A stretch of DNA of 56,797 bases from contig JWZX01003397.1 of assembly GCA_001275005.1 (NCBI GenBank), forward strand, positions 1 to 56,797, read 5' to 3'. Made by a program: the position numbers and the translations under genes. The notes below the pieces were generated by a model, which saw nothing but the letters and a program-made list of their open reading frames with translations, had not been told where the DNA came from and did no database searches. The stretch is from Chrysochromulina tobinii. Taxonomy: Eukaryota. Positions 10,964-23,126 of the stretch are shown one piece after another; the first letter of the stretch is position 1; each line of letters begins with the position of its first letter.

Positions 10964-12262
10964 ATGCGACCGATTTTCGCGCTCACTCTGCTACTCTGGT
11001 TGCCTTCGCGCGCGCGTGGTTTCATAGCACAACCATTGTGCGTACTCCAGCGCGGATTTCAACCCAGTGCGCTTGCGGCTATCGGCACAGCAGCATTTGA
11101 GGATGAGCTATCAGCTTTGCGTGCGACTCTGGCTCTAGTGAACGGTAAAGTGGCGCATGCACTGGGCATAATCGATCTCCCGCAGCAGCGCGCGGATGCG
11201 GACGAGCTTGATGCGCGATCGGCGAGTGCTACATTCTGGGATGACGCTGCTAAGGCTGAGGCAGTGCTCCGGCGGCTCTCAGAACACAAGGCGACGATCG
11301 AGCAGGCTGAAGAGTGGCTGCGCTCCGTCGACGATGCCAAGGTGGCGCTCGAACTCGCTCCCGAGCTGGTTGCGGACGAGACGCAGGAGGCGGTTGCTCT
11401 GATCGACGAGGCTCGGCAGAAGCTCGGGTCCCTTGCGAGTGAGCTTGAGCGTTGGGAAGTGCGCGCACTCATGGGCGGCGAACACGATGGGTGCGGCGCG
11501 GTGCTAACGCTCACTGCCGGCTCGGGCGGTCTCGACGCGATGGACTGGACCGCGATGCTGCTGCGCATGTACACGCGCTGGGGGGAGGCGCAGCCAGGTT
11601 TCCGCGTGGCCCTGACCGAACAGAGCATCGGAGAGGAAGCTGGGTTGAAGTCGGCCACGCTCCACGTGGAGGGTCCCTATGCCTACGGACTGCTGCGTGC
11701 CGAGCACGGCACGCATCGGCTCGTGCGCTTCTCGCCATTCAATGCGGACAACAAGCGGCAGACGAGCTTCGCAGGTGTCGAGGTGATGCCCATCCTCAAC
11801 GAGGCACTTCTAAGTGACATCGACATCCCAGATAAGGATCTGGACGTATCCACGATGCGCTCGGGCGGCGCGGGCGGCCAGAACGTCAATAAGGTTGAGA
11901 CTGCCGTGCGCATCCGCCACATACCCACCGGCCTGGCCGTGCGCTGCCAGCAAGAGCGCTCACAACAGCGCAACAAGGAGGTGGCTCTCGCACTCCTGAA
12001 GGCCAAGTTGCTCGTCATCCGACAGCAGCAGCGCGCGGAGGATATTGCGCAGATCCGCGGCGACCGGATCGAAGCCGATTATGGTACGCAGATCCGCTCG
12101 TATGTGCTCGCGCCATACAAGATGGTCAAGGACCTTCGCACGGGCCACGAGACGGCCAACGCTCAGAAAGTGCTAGACGGTGAGCTTGGGCCATTCATCG
12201 ACGCATTCTTGCGCCAGGCTGCGCAGGAAGCCGCCGAGGAGGGGCACCACGATATTGGATAA
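10964..12262 (+). CDS. prfB: Peptide chain release factor 2, organelle (probably plastid) targeted
   Basis: RF2 SPF motif ([10 protein letters not shown]), [11 protein letters not shown] motif ([18 protein letters not shown]) and [20 protein letters not shown]-terminal hydrophobic signal [13 protein letters not shown]. Confidence 0.93.
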   Translation: MRPIFALTLLLWLPSRARGFIAQPLCVLQRGFQPSALAAIGTAAFEDELSALRATLALVNGKVAHALGIIDLPQQRADADELDARSASATFWDDAAKAEAVLRRLSEHKATIEQAEEWLRSVDDAKVALELAPELVADETQEAVALIDEARQKLGSLASELERWEVRALMGGEHDGCGAVLTLTAGSGGLDAMDWTAMLLRMYTRWGEAQPGFRVALTEQSIGEEAGLKSATLHVEGPYAYGLLRAEHGTHRLVRFSPFNADNKRQTSFAGVEVMPILNEALLSDIDIPDKDLDVSTMRSGGAGGQNVNKVETAVRIRHIPTGLAVRCQQERSQQRNKEVALALLKAKLLVIRQQQRAEDIAQIRGDRIEADYGTQIRSYVLAPYKMVKDLRTGHETANAQKVLDGELGPFIDAFLRQAAQEAAEEGHHDIG

Positions 12263-12956
12263 GATCATGTTTTGCCGCGAAAGCAGGTTGTGGGCATTAG
12301 CATGAACCATGATTATTTCCCAAATTGGCGAAAATCAAAAACACGCAAGGCTCCGTCGCACAACGGCGCCGACGCAGCGAGAGCGACCCGCACCAAGACG
12401 GTCTTCGGAAGACGACACGCGTCGACCGTCGACGGTCTTCGTCGCGCGCGGTAGTTCGGTTCCAAGTTCGTGCGCCCTCGGTAGAGAGACGCGGTTCAGA
12501 CGCGGTACTCGCTTCTCGCACGTGCATGCACTCGTGACTCGACAACGTACTATGTGTACTCGTATACGATACGTGACACTCGCGACACCGGCGCCGACGG
12601 CAATAATGTATGGCGTTATATGGCCGTGTTGTGGATGTGGTTCTTCAACATCCACCTTCACTCTAAACTCTCTGAATCCTAATGATCGGTAAATGCTCGG
12701 GGGCTCGACATTTGGCGAATTTGCAACATACTGCTGTAATTGACGCATGCAAAAGGAGCAAGAGGTTTTTGATCGTTTTTATGTTTCATCGCAACAAAAC
12801 GGCCCTGCAAGCCGGCAACGCGAGAACCGCGACTTAAACCGCGGCTCGCTCGTGCTACGAGGTTATACTACAAGATCTTCATACTCGCCTGTGTGCGCGC
12901 GCGCGGACACATTCTGCCAACGCGAATTCTGCCACAAACCATCGCTGACCGCATCA

Positions 12957-13472
12957 ATGCAGCTGGGTGCTCGGTGGCTAATGTCTTGGCTGATGCACGA
13001 TATCACCCGCATGGGTGTGCTGTGCTGCATCGTCTCGTGGCAGCTCTACAGCATCACTCGGCTCCGCATCTATGCGTCCCACCTGCATGAGAGCTACGAG
13101 CGGCATGCGGTTTTGTCAGAGAGCCTGAGCGAAGCTCGAATGACAATCACTCAACTGCGCAACAGATCTGCATCGCAGCAAGAACTTTGCGCAAGGAGCC
13201 ATCGCGAGCATATGGCAGCGCTCGCTGATACGGAGAAAGCGCGTGCAGCTGCGCAGATTCGGCTTGATGAGGAGCTCGAACTTAACTCATGGCTGAATCA
13301 GACTTCAAGCGCTCGAGAGGCGGCGCTGCGCACCGAAGGGGAGCGGCGCGCTCAAGCTGAAAGCACAGTGCTCGGCCTACGAGGGGAGATGAATTTGCTC
13401 AAGGGGCAACTCTTGACAGCTCAGCAGCAGCAAGGCACATTGCACAGCAAGCGAAAGGGGATCAAGAAGTAA
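12957..13472 (+). CDS. Hypothetical membrane-anchored coiled-coil protein
   Basis: Hydrophobic segment (MGVLCCIVSWQLYSI) followed by a heptad E/R/L/A-rich region. Start uncertain; the ORF is open from 12747. Confidence 0.55.
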   Translation: MQLGARWLMSWLMHDITRMGVLCCIVSWQLYSITRLRIYASHLHESYERHAVLSESLSEARMTITQLRNRSASQQELCARSHREHMAALADTEKARAAAQIRLDEELELNSWLNQTSSAREAALRTEGERRAQAESTVLGLRGEMNLLKGQLLTAQQQQGTLHSKRKGIKK

Positions 13473-14007
13473 CGAACTTATATTATATATAATGCACCCA
13501 CTCTAGACTCGTTGGTCGTTCTCTCCGCTTCGTGGAGACGAGAGCCACTAAGGCGGGGCAGTGAACGCGAGCTAGCTCGCCAACGGCATCGCGAGAGCGG
13601 CGCGTCCCGCCCCGAACGGGCGTAAGAACGGGCCGGGGGACATGCGCGCCGGTTGCGCGGTTGAGTTTTTTCGTATTTGAATTTGGTTCATGCCCGAACA
13701 CACGGGTACGCTCCGCACTGACGCGTGACGGTCGGACTCGATAATAGTCTTCATATGGACCGGCGTCCGAGATTAATACACAAATGTGAAGTGACGGCGT
13801 ATGCATCGTCCGGGCATAGCCTTATAACACAAGTTGAGACCGCACGGGCCGTACATCTCCTAATCTGAATTATGTGGCGGTATGGTTGACGGTATGGTCG
13901 GCACATTCCATGCACACAGACATCAGAACCCCAGCGCAGAGCATCACCGAACGCGTGTTTACGAAGAGCATTTTTGCAGTTTTGGCAGACGCTGGAGCTT
14001 GATTGAC

Positions 14008-17000
14008 TCACTTGGCCTTATCCTTCTTCGCCTTCGCCTGCCCAGCAGCTGCGAAGGCGTCTATGGCGACGGCGACGGCGTTCTTCGGGCGCACGTCGTC
14101 GCCTTCTTTGGCCACCTGAATCATGGACACGATTTCCTGCCCGGCCTTCTGCAGCTTGCGCCCAGCCTCGCCGAGCTCCAACGGCAAGCCTATCTGTGAG
14201 GATGAAGCCTGCGGTGGTGCATCCGCTTCTGACAGGATGAAGGACAGTTGCACCGGCGCCAGCTCGCCGCCCCCAGCGGGGATGTTCTTGTCCATGTTGA
14301 TGATCACCCGGACGGTGGCTGTGATCTTAATGAGCGTGACGTTAACATTATACTCGCCGTTGTTTTGGTCGACCACTTCGACAGAGTTATTGTTGGGCAT
14401 AAGTGTGGTCAGGTCGGACACACCGCTCTTGACGAGCTGCAGCCGCGCCGACCCCGCGAGGCCGCCTTTCGTCAATGGATTGCCAAAACGGTCGTAGGTT
14501 TTGAGGACAATTGTGGCCATCTTGTTTGAATAGAGCAAGGGCTCGGAGGGCGGAATAAGCTTGCACTGCTTGACCTCCGCCTCCGCTGGTTCGACGTAGA
14601 AGTGGACGGGCGAGCCGCTGATCTCGTGACCGTTCAACTTCAAGCGCACAAAGTGCTCGCCCGCGTGGGTGGCGTCGTGCCGTATGTCGTGGGTGGTGAT
14701 GCCGCCCTTGACCAGAGTCGTGAACTTGAGCGCGTTTGTGTTGCTGAGGTTGTCCTTGTTGCCTGCAGGGTACTCGATTTCCACGTCGAGCATGCCCTCG
14801 CCTAACGAGGCAACGTTGCCCAGGTCGTCGCAAATCTGTGGGCGGAAGACAACTGCGTCGCCCGCGACGATACAAGAGTTATCAGCATTCACCACCTTGC
14901 CCTTTTTGTCGAGATTCTTTGACTCCTTGGTGTAGCCGTCCACGGACGAGCACTTGGCTCCCGCAAGGCCTGGGCTGATTACAAGGTGAAAGGGCGAGCT
15001 GGGTAAGGGGAGACGATCTTGGGCTAGGGAAATCTCGCTCTTCTTGGTACCCTGGTAGGTGGTCTCGGACCAAACGTGCAAGTCGAAGGTGCCATCCTTG
15101 AAAGGAATGAAAGAGAACTCGTACAGCCCTTCTTCCTCGTCGATGCACGCCATCGTGTGCAGATACGGTTTGCTCTTCTCGTCCTTGATTTTCTCGCCCG
15201 CTTTCAGAAGCGCCATCCCAATTTTGTTCTGCTTCCCGTCAAGGAGGGCCGAGTTGCCGTACTGGTCGAAAAATTTGATCTGAAATTTGGTGTCGGCACC
15301 CGCGGTCGCACGGCTCAGCCCAACGCCCGAGATCTGCGACTTTAGCATATCGGGCGTGGTTGACTTGAGCGTGATCTGCTGGGAAGTGCCAAGGATTTGT
15401 TCACCATAGATTTTGATGGCAGCGTTGTAAGTGCCTGCTTGGGTCGAGTTCCAGTGCAGGTAGTACGTGCCGTCACCGTTGTCGCGCACCGTCGTCTGGA
15501 CCGAATCACATCGGCTCCCGTCAGCGTTGAAGCAGTCACCAGTTACAATGGCGCCGCCCGTGATGCACTTGTTGCCCATGATGTCGGCTGTTGAGATGGC
15601 AATTCCGCAGCCAAAACCAGCCGCCATGCCGACCCCGCCCACAACGACCGTCTTGGGCAGGCGCGTCGACGCCGCGTGCGCCTTGCCTGGGCGCACTATT
15701 AGCAAGAAAGGCGATCCGGGCAGCGCCACCGCCTGCTGGCGCAGTCGCACGTGCAGCAGGTACGGCCCGACGAGCCCAACCGAGTACGAAACACTGTGCT
15801 GCTCGACGAGGGCGCCGTGCGCGTGCAGTGTGCCCGGGTAGATGCCACCGAAGGCGAAGCCGATGCCCGTCGGGTCGGATGATTTCTCGAGCGAGACCCC
15901 CCTTTTGCGACTCCTCCGACGATAGGCATCTTTTTCCTGCGTTGTCAGGTTCATCGCCAGCGGATCGGGTTCGGCGTTTGGGTCGGGTGGTGGCTCAGGC
16001 GGTGGCTCGAAATCGTTGGTGACGCGGCGCAAAAACTGCTGCTGGTGCAGCTGTCGCGTGCTCGCCGACTCACGCAAGCGTGACGTAACGAGCTTGCGTC
16101 CGTCCTTGACGAGGGTGACCCACGCAACTTTGCCCGCGAGCGCATCCACGCCCAACTTTGCAACCGTCGACTCGATCTCCGCGTGCGATGCGAAACCGAC
16201 AGGCGTGAGGCCACGCACTACCGGCGGCTTTCACAGCCGCCTCGAGCTCCTGTGCGGATCCCTCGTCTGGACTTTCCCCTGCGTGGGCGTCGCCGGTTAG
16301 CTGCGTCGGGTGCTGCGCGCCCTGCAAGCTCAATGTGGCGGAAGCCCCGGTGGGGCTTCTCCCTGGGCTAGACGGGCGCCTCGGACTTGCAAAGCTCTCT
16401 GGGTAGGCCCCCGCCTCGGGCATGCGCGAGATCGACTCGAGCGCCACCATCGCGCGCACCCTGCCGGCGGTGATCGTCTCTTGGATGACAGTGACCATCT
16501 GGCCCGGCAGCAACAGCCCGAGGATCTCCGACTCGAGATCCTCCTTTTCGCGCATCACGAGTGGCATGCCTTCTACCCTGACTCGGATCGTGCGCTTGCG
16601 CGTTACCCTCTGCGAGCCCTCCGCGCCGCCCTCGATCATCTCAGGCTCGTTCCACCCAAGAAAGGGAGGTGGCTTTGGAGCTTCGGGCGGCGGTGGCGGA
16701 GGAGCCACGACAGGCTGAGCCTTCCCGCCCTTACCCGAGGGTCCCTTGCTGCCACTGCCCTCTTTTTTTTCCACAGGCTTGGGTTTGTCGCCCTCCTTTT
16801 TTTCCGACGGTGGCGCAGTCGCGGCAGGCTGGGGCTTGCTGCCCTCCTTATTATCCGGCAGTGGCGTAGACGTAGCCGCGGTGGGCTGGGGCTTGCCGAC
16901 CTCCTTTTTATTCGGCGCCGGCGCAGATGACGGTTGGGGCTTGCTGCCCTCCTTTAACGCAGATGACGGTGGCGCAGGCGCGGCAGGCTGGGGCTTGCTG

Positions 17001-18037
17001 CCCTCCTTTCTTCCTTCCTTGCTTGCGCCCTCGTCGGTAGCCTTCCTATTGGTGGCGCCGCCATCTTTTTTGGCGCCACCCTCCTTGTCGCCCTCTTCCT
17101 TCTTGGCGCCCTTATCGCCCACCTTTTTTGAGTCCCTCTTGGGGCTCTCAAGGCCACTCTTCGCCTCGACGACGGGCGGCGGCTCGGGCAGCTTCGTGAG
17201 AAGATCTGGGTTGGCAACGGTGCCAGCCGCGAGCCCCTCGATAGGCATGGGCTCGACGTACACGTCGAGGTCGACCGCGTGCGCTACGTTGCCCAACCGG
17301 TCCTTGAATTGCACGAAGAAGGATTGGACGTTCCGCGCCACCGCCATGGTGAGCGCGTCGCCGAGCGCCCTGCAGTTAGGCGCATATGCACTGGGATCAG
17401 ACACGTGCAACTTGTAGGGGCTACCCTGCAGGGGCATGCCGAAGTAGGAGATGGCAATTGCATAGCTGCCCGACTGTGGCGGCTTCCACTCCACTCGGTA
17501 CGTGCCGTCGCCCTTGTCCTCAATGCGCGCACGTACCGTCGATGCGCCCCGGATCGCAACGAAGAAAGCGTCTCCACCGACCTTGCGTTTGCGGCCGGTA
17601 AAGTCGTACGCATCGATAAAGAAATCTACTGGCAATCGCGGCGCCGCCTCGATGATACCCTTGCCGTGCACCTTGCACTCGACGGCACAAGTGTCCTCTG
17701 GCTTTTCGGGCATCTTCCCGCCGTTGGCCTCAATCGCCCGATACGTGCACTCGCGCGGTGGCTCAACAACCGGCGGAGGCTGAATTATCTGCTTGTCTAG
17801 GATCTCCTTTGCACGTCGCAGGTACGCCTTCATCTGACTGACTGTCACCTTGCTGCCTCCCGGCTTCGTCAGCAGCGGAGCCGCCAGGGACATGAAGTCA
17901 AGCGTGAACTTCGCTGCGTCGCCGCTGATGTCGTTGGCTGCTATGCCCGTATTCTTGGACATGATCTTGCGCGCCGCGACCACCGCCTGGACCAGGGCAT
18001 CCTCGGCTGCCAGGATTTCCTTGTCCATGTCGGACAT
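14008..18037 (-). CDS. Filamin/ABP280 Ig-repeat protein with an SH3b-like segment; spans ORFs 16070..18037 and 14008..16218
   Basis: Several filamin repeats: EDKGDGTYRVEWKPPQSGSYAIAISYFGMPLQGSPY, RDNGDGTYYLHW, LNGHEISGSPVHF and DQNNGEYNV. The frame changes near 16234-16177 and the junction is unresolved. Confidence 0.8.
16785..17010 (-). repeat. Coding tandem repeat (KEGSKPQP-led units, about 5 copies) in the filamin protein
   Basis: Recurring ggctggggcttgctgccctcctt-like blocks on the + strand; translation KEGSKPQP x3, KEVGKPQP, KEGDKPKP. Confidence 0.8.
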
Positions 18038-18277
18038 TGGACTTCCGATTCAGAAAGAAAACTTTCGCCGAACTTTTTGGCGTTCTCGCGTTCCGAGCTT
18101 ACCATACAAGTCTGTCAATCAGTTCCGGCACCCCGGTCGACATACAAAAGTCGGAGCCTCGGGACAAATTCTGCGGCACTTCAATGTATTTGCTGATGGC
18201 CTAAATTTCGATCATGAAACTTGTCCCACAACTTTTTCTCAAGCGAAACGCTCTTGTTTTGGGATCCTGCCTCAGCA

Positions 18278-19414
18278 ATGTCTGCGCCAAGCGGCCAGTG
18301 GCGCTCGACCAACCACGGGTATAACTCCAAGGACGTGGTTCTCGGCGCGGGGTTCGCTCAGTACACGCCCGGCCTTTGCGATGACGAGGTGTACCAGACG
18401 GTCATCTCCGGCTCGCTCGGCAACAGCGGCGGCTACAAGAAGGCTGTGGTGGGCGATGGCAGCGGCCGCATGTTTGGCCAGACGGCGGACGCGCAGCAGG
18501 GAGGCTACAACGGCGCGGAGATGGACGAGGCGATGAATAATGACATGACGGGCGTCACGGAGGCGGGCTACGCCGACAAGATCGCTACGGGCTTCGACAA
18601 AGTGGCGGGCGACTACTCCACGCTGCCAAGGTGGATGCAGGAGATCTTCATCAAGCTGCGTGTGCTGGCCAAGTCGGAGGGCATCGACATGGAGCGCACG
18701 TTCCAGGACGCGGGCGGCTCGCGCTTTGGCACCATCTCGAAGCGCCTCTTCATTTCGGCCCTGTGCATTGGCTTCCAGCATTACCGCTTCTCACCTGCAG
18801 AGCTCGACGCCATCGCGGATGCGTATGGCTGCGGCTCGGACGACATTTTCAACGGCGGCAAGATGCTGGTCGCCTGGCGCGACTTCGTCAACGATGTGCT
18901 CTCGGCCGAGGTCGTCGCGAAGGAGTATGAGTACTCCGCGACCGACACGGATGAGACGGACGCGGGCTACTCAGACGGAATCGCGACCGGCATCGACAAG
19001 ATCGCCGGCGGCTTCGACGACCTGCCCCCTATGCTGCAGCAGCTGTGCAAGGACCTGCGCCGCATGGCCAAGATCGAGGGCATCAGCCTTGAGTTCTCAT
19101 TGCAGCAGGCAGGCGGCACGCGCTTCGGCACCATGCCCAAGCGCCACTTTTGCTCGGCGCTCACGATCGCTTTCCACCACTTCAAGTTCACGCCGGAGAT
19201 TTACAAGGCGCTCTGCGACGCGTACGCAGTTGGCCCGCCCGACTTTGCCGAGGGCGGGAAGGAGGAGGTCGCGTGGCGCGACTTCTGCAACGACGTGCTC
19301 TCGTCCGGCAAGGACATTTCGGCCCATGGCGTGCAGGCAATCGACCTTGCCGCCAAGTATGACCCAAAGAAGAATGCCTCCTTCAACGACTCGGCGCTCG
19401 CGGGCCTATTCTAG
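18278..19414 (+). CDS. Uncharacterised protein with two internal ~115-130 aa repeats, each a degenerate EF-hand-like pair
   Basis: AGYADKIATGFDK...AGGSRFGTISKRLF...VAWRDFVNDVLS is repeated as AGYSDGIATGIDK...AGGTRFGTMPKRHF...VAWRDFCNDVLS. Strong G/C-ending codon bias. Confidence 0.8.
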   Translation: MSAPSGQWRSTNHGYNSKDVVLGAGFAQYTPGLCDDEVYQTVISGSLGNSGGYKKAVVGDGSGRMFGQTADAQQGGYNGAEMDEAMNNDMTGVTEAGYADKIATGFDKVAGDYSTLPRWMQEIFIKLRVLAKSEGIDMERTFQDAGGSRFGTISKRLFISALCIGFQHYRFSPAELDAIADAYGCGSDDIFNGGKMLVAWRDFVNDVLSAEVVAKEYEYSATDTDETDAGYSDGIATGIDKIAGGFDDLPPMLQQLCKDLRRMAKIEGISLEFSLQQAGGTRFGTMPKRHFCSALTIAFHHFKFTPEIYKALCDAYAVGPPDFAEGGKEEVAWRDFCNDVLSSGKDISAHGVQAIDLAAKYDPKKNASFNDSALAGLF

Positions 19415-20200
19415 AGCGCCCCCGTATAGAGGCTCTCCAGCAGGTGCGCACGGCCGCTAAGTGATGCCAGGAAGGCGGGGCGTGACCTCGAGGTGTGACA
19501 TTGTCGAGACGTGGTCGAGCGGGGCCCAGGCCGCGGAGACGTCTCTGTCGAGGCGCCGCAATGTGTCGATGGCATGGGTCCCATGTTAGATCGGACGTGC
19601 CCTACAGTGATACTGCGGCCTGAGGTGTGTGTGATGTGACCCGTGGCATGAAAGCCGGGGGTGCACGGCTCAAGCGGGAATGCGAGCACCAGCATCGGAG
19701 TGTACGAGCGACACGACGCCGTGCGCGCGGAGCGCGAGGCGCGAGCCGCAGGGGCGAAGTCCGAATCGAGACATGATGTGGTCGCGCTGTGGCAACTGGA
19801 AGTGAAGGCTGTGCTGTTGTGCGTGCCGTGCTGTTTCGTCCTTTGATAAGTACAGAATTACAGTCTATTTTCGGGCACGCCCACCCGGCACATACGAACA
19901 GAAAACGCGAACCCGGGCATGCGGCAACCGCGGACCGCCCACGTCGCGAACATGCGCCGCGCGCCGAGAGGACGACGGAGCACGCGCCGGGCGCCGCCCC
20001 GCTGTGGACCGCCAGGCGACACGCCGTAGCTGATTACCATAACCATCGCGGGGACGTCAGTCGTCACGTCGCTCTTTTGCGCGGGGTCAGCTGAGGGGCC
20101 GCCCCCCGCTCGTGCGTCACTTTATCGTTCTTCAGTTGTCTCGGGCCGCATACGCCCGCGGCGTTTCAAAGCGCACGTGACTTGAGGTCAGCCGAGGGTC

Positions 20201-21642
20201 TCATCGCATGGCGCGCCGGTTAATGAGCCCCCTCGAGCTAGGGAACTGCTCCTCTTCTGCGGAGGGACCCGACGGCTTACCGCCGTTGAGCAACGCATCT
20301 AATTCGTCATCCTCCGTGTTGCGCCGCGACGCCGTCTTCTTGCCACGTGCCTTGGGCTTTGTGCCGGCAGCGGCGGCACCCGTCGCTCGAGCGGCGCCGC
20401 GGCCGGATGCGGGCGGCGGCGGCATGCCGGGCGCTGTGCCGGGCACCCAGCCGGTCCCAAAACCGGGGGCCATCGGGGGCATTGTTGGAAGATTCTCCTC
20501 CGCATCCACCTCCAGCTGCTCGTCGTCCTTGAGCGCCGCCGTGAGCGCCTGACGCACGTTCGGGTTGATGTCCCCCTCGTAGTCAGCTGTCGTGCGCTCG
20601 GGCATGTCGAGGTCGAACGAGAGCACGTTGAGTGCGCGGTACCGCGGGTCATTGTTGGTGAGGTCGGCGGCCATCTTGCGCGACAGGAAGGACGTCGGGC
20701 GCAGCAGTGTGGGATGCGACTTAGGACGCTGCGAGGCGGCGTCGTCGCGCGCCTCAGAGAGTGGCTTGAGGCGCCACTGCTCGGTGCCGGAGTCGTCCCA
20801 CACGGCACGCATCTCGAGCTTCTTGACTTCCTCGTTGGGCACGAAGGCGTCGATGACCATGTTCTGCAGCTGCACCTGCCGCGTGAGCTCGCGCACCGTC
20901 TGCAGCAGGTCCTCCTTCTCTTGCGCCTGCTCGGCGCGGATGTCCTCGAGCTCTGCCTTGGCCGCCTTGTATTTCTGGAGCATCTTCTTGAGCTTCTTGG
21001 ATTTCCCTTCTACCTCTTCGCGCAGCGATGAGTATTGCTCTTCCTTGGCGAGGCGCTCCTCCTCGCGCCGCTCCATTGCCTGCTTGATCTGCACCTCCTT
21101 CTCCCGCTGCGCCTCGAGCTCCTTCTCGCGCTCGGCGAGCTCTCTCTCCTGGCGCGAGACACGGTCGCGCACGTGCTCGCCGCCGTGCATGATCTTAGCC
21201 TCAAGCGCCTCGAGCTGCGCCTGCAGCCGCTGCGCCTCCTCTGCCTCCTTCTCCAGCCGCAGCTGCTCCTGCTCGAGCGCGCTCCGGTGGCGGTTCACCT
21301 CGGCGTCACGCGCCTCGTGCTCACGCAGCAGCCGCTCGCGCTCACGTTCGGCCTCGCGCCCCATCTGTAGCCGCATCTCCTCTACGTCTTCGTCACGGAG
21401 GCCCACGAGCTTTTCGACGATCACCTCCCTCTCCACCTCGACGTCGTGGTACACCTCCACGATCTTCTCGACCTCCCTCAGCTTCTCGATCTCCACAATC
21501 TTCTCTACCTGCCTATCGACGATCACCTGCTTCTCGACCTCGACGATGCGCTCGACTTCGACGGGTCGCTCCACTTCGATGATCCTCTCGCGCACCACAT
21601 CTTTATGGACCTCACGGACACCACCGCCACCGAACCCACTGC

Positions 21643-21673
<31 letters not shown>

Positions 21674-22810
21674 GCTCCCACCCGCCGCCGCCAGCTGGTC
21701 CTTGAGCCGCTGGATCTCCTCTTGAAACTCGCGAAGCATCGCGTCCTTCGGGTCCTCGTTGATCTTAGGCTTGTTCTTGATGTTCTTGGCGCGGTTGGCG
21801 TAACGCAGCGTCGAGATCGTCTCGTCGTAGTTCCAGTCCGCCGGCCCGAGGTTGGCCACCATCACGGTCTTCGTGTTGCCTCCGAGCGAGTCTTGGAGCA
21901 GCCGAGTGAGCTTCGAGTCGCGGTACGGGATGTGCGCGCTCTTGCCGTCGACGAGGGCCGAGATGCAGTTGCCGAGCGCCGAGAGCGACAAGTTGATCTT
22001 GGTCGCCTCCTTGAGTCGGTCGCCGCTCGCCTGCGTCTTCGACTGGCGCTCGGAGCCCGCCAGGTCGACGAGGTTGAGCTTGCCCATCCGAATCGAGGGC
22101 GATCCGTCCTCGCGCGTCTCGCACGACTCGACGGTGATCGTGTAGATGGAGTGCGAGCGGGACGAGTCCTGGTTCATGGCCGTCGCGCCCACGTGCCGAT
22201 TCTTGGCGCCGAAGTCACGAAGCTTGTCGCACTCGCGAGTCGACTTGACCACGTACGACGTGAGGTCGCGCACGTACACACCCGCGTCCGGATTCTCCTT
22301 GAGCTCGAGCTTGTTGGCCGAGTTCTTCGATAGCAAGTCGCGGATCTCCTCGTTGTAAATCTCGAGGTAGGAGGCGCGCACGAGGAACTCGCGGTTGGCA
22401 CCGCCTGAAGTCTCGATGCCCGCGAATATTTGCATGAACGCACGCGGGATGATGCCCTTGAGCTCCTCGTCGTGGTTGACACCCTCCATCGTGAATGTCT
22501 TGCCCGTTCCCGTCTGGCCGTAGGCAAAAATGGTACCGTTGTAGCCCTGTAGCACCGAGTCGACAATTGAAGAGGCTGACTGCTTGTAAAGCACCTCTTG
22601 GCGCGTGTTGGGCGCGTAAACTGCGTCAAATGTGAAGTTCTTGGGTGGCTCGTTGGCGCCAGGTGGCGTAACCGTGCATGTGCCGTTTGTGGGATCCATG
22701 TGAACAATCTGCTCGCGCCCATCCTCGAGCTCCTTCTTGTTGAGCGGGCGGCAGCGCACCACCACGCGAACGGTCTCCGATTTGTCGGAGGTAACGGCCA
22801 TGACCGCCAT
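20201..22810 (-). CDS. KIF3: Kinesin-2 motor subunit (KIF3/FLA10-FLA8-like intraflagellar transport motor)
   Basis: VRVVVRCRP, P-loop GQTGTGKT, SSRSH, LVDLAGSER, HIPYRDSKLTRLLQ, the kinesin-2 neck KNKPKINEDPKDAMLREFQEEI, a coiled-coil stalk and the tail motif LDMPERTTADYE. Confidence 0.95.
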
Positions 22811-23126
22811 CCCCGCAGCGCGCAGTTTGTCCACTTTCGTCGCACTGATCGCGCACAGAGTTGCAGTGCGCCGTGCACGTTAGAAAAAACACAGCATCAC
22901 GTTCACATTCACACCAGTCGTCAATCGCCTGCACACTTTTGTTTGGTTTGGGCAAATACAGAAGAGCAAAAGCGCCATGTCGAGCGTTTACATGCCCTTC
23001 GTTTATCGCTGGTCTCTTCGAAACACACCCATGCACGCGGCGCAAGCTAAAGGCGCACATGCGACATGCGCGGATGCAGCCTTTGCGCAGTTCAAGACCC
23101 TTTTGAGGGCTCTCAGCTCTCGAAGG

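Noticed and set aside
20592..22333. Long + strand ORFs (377 and 295 aa) and many similar overlapping ORFs elsewhere
   Set aside because: Antisense or off-frame shadows of GC-rich coding genes such as kinesin; no motifs.
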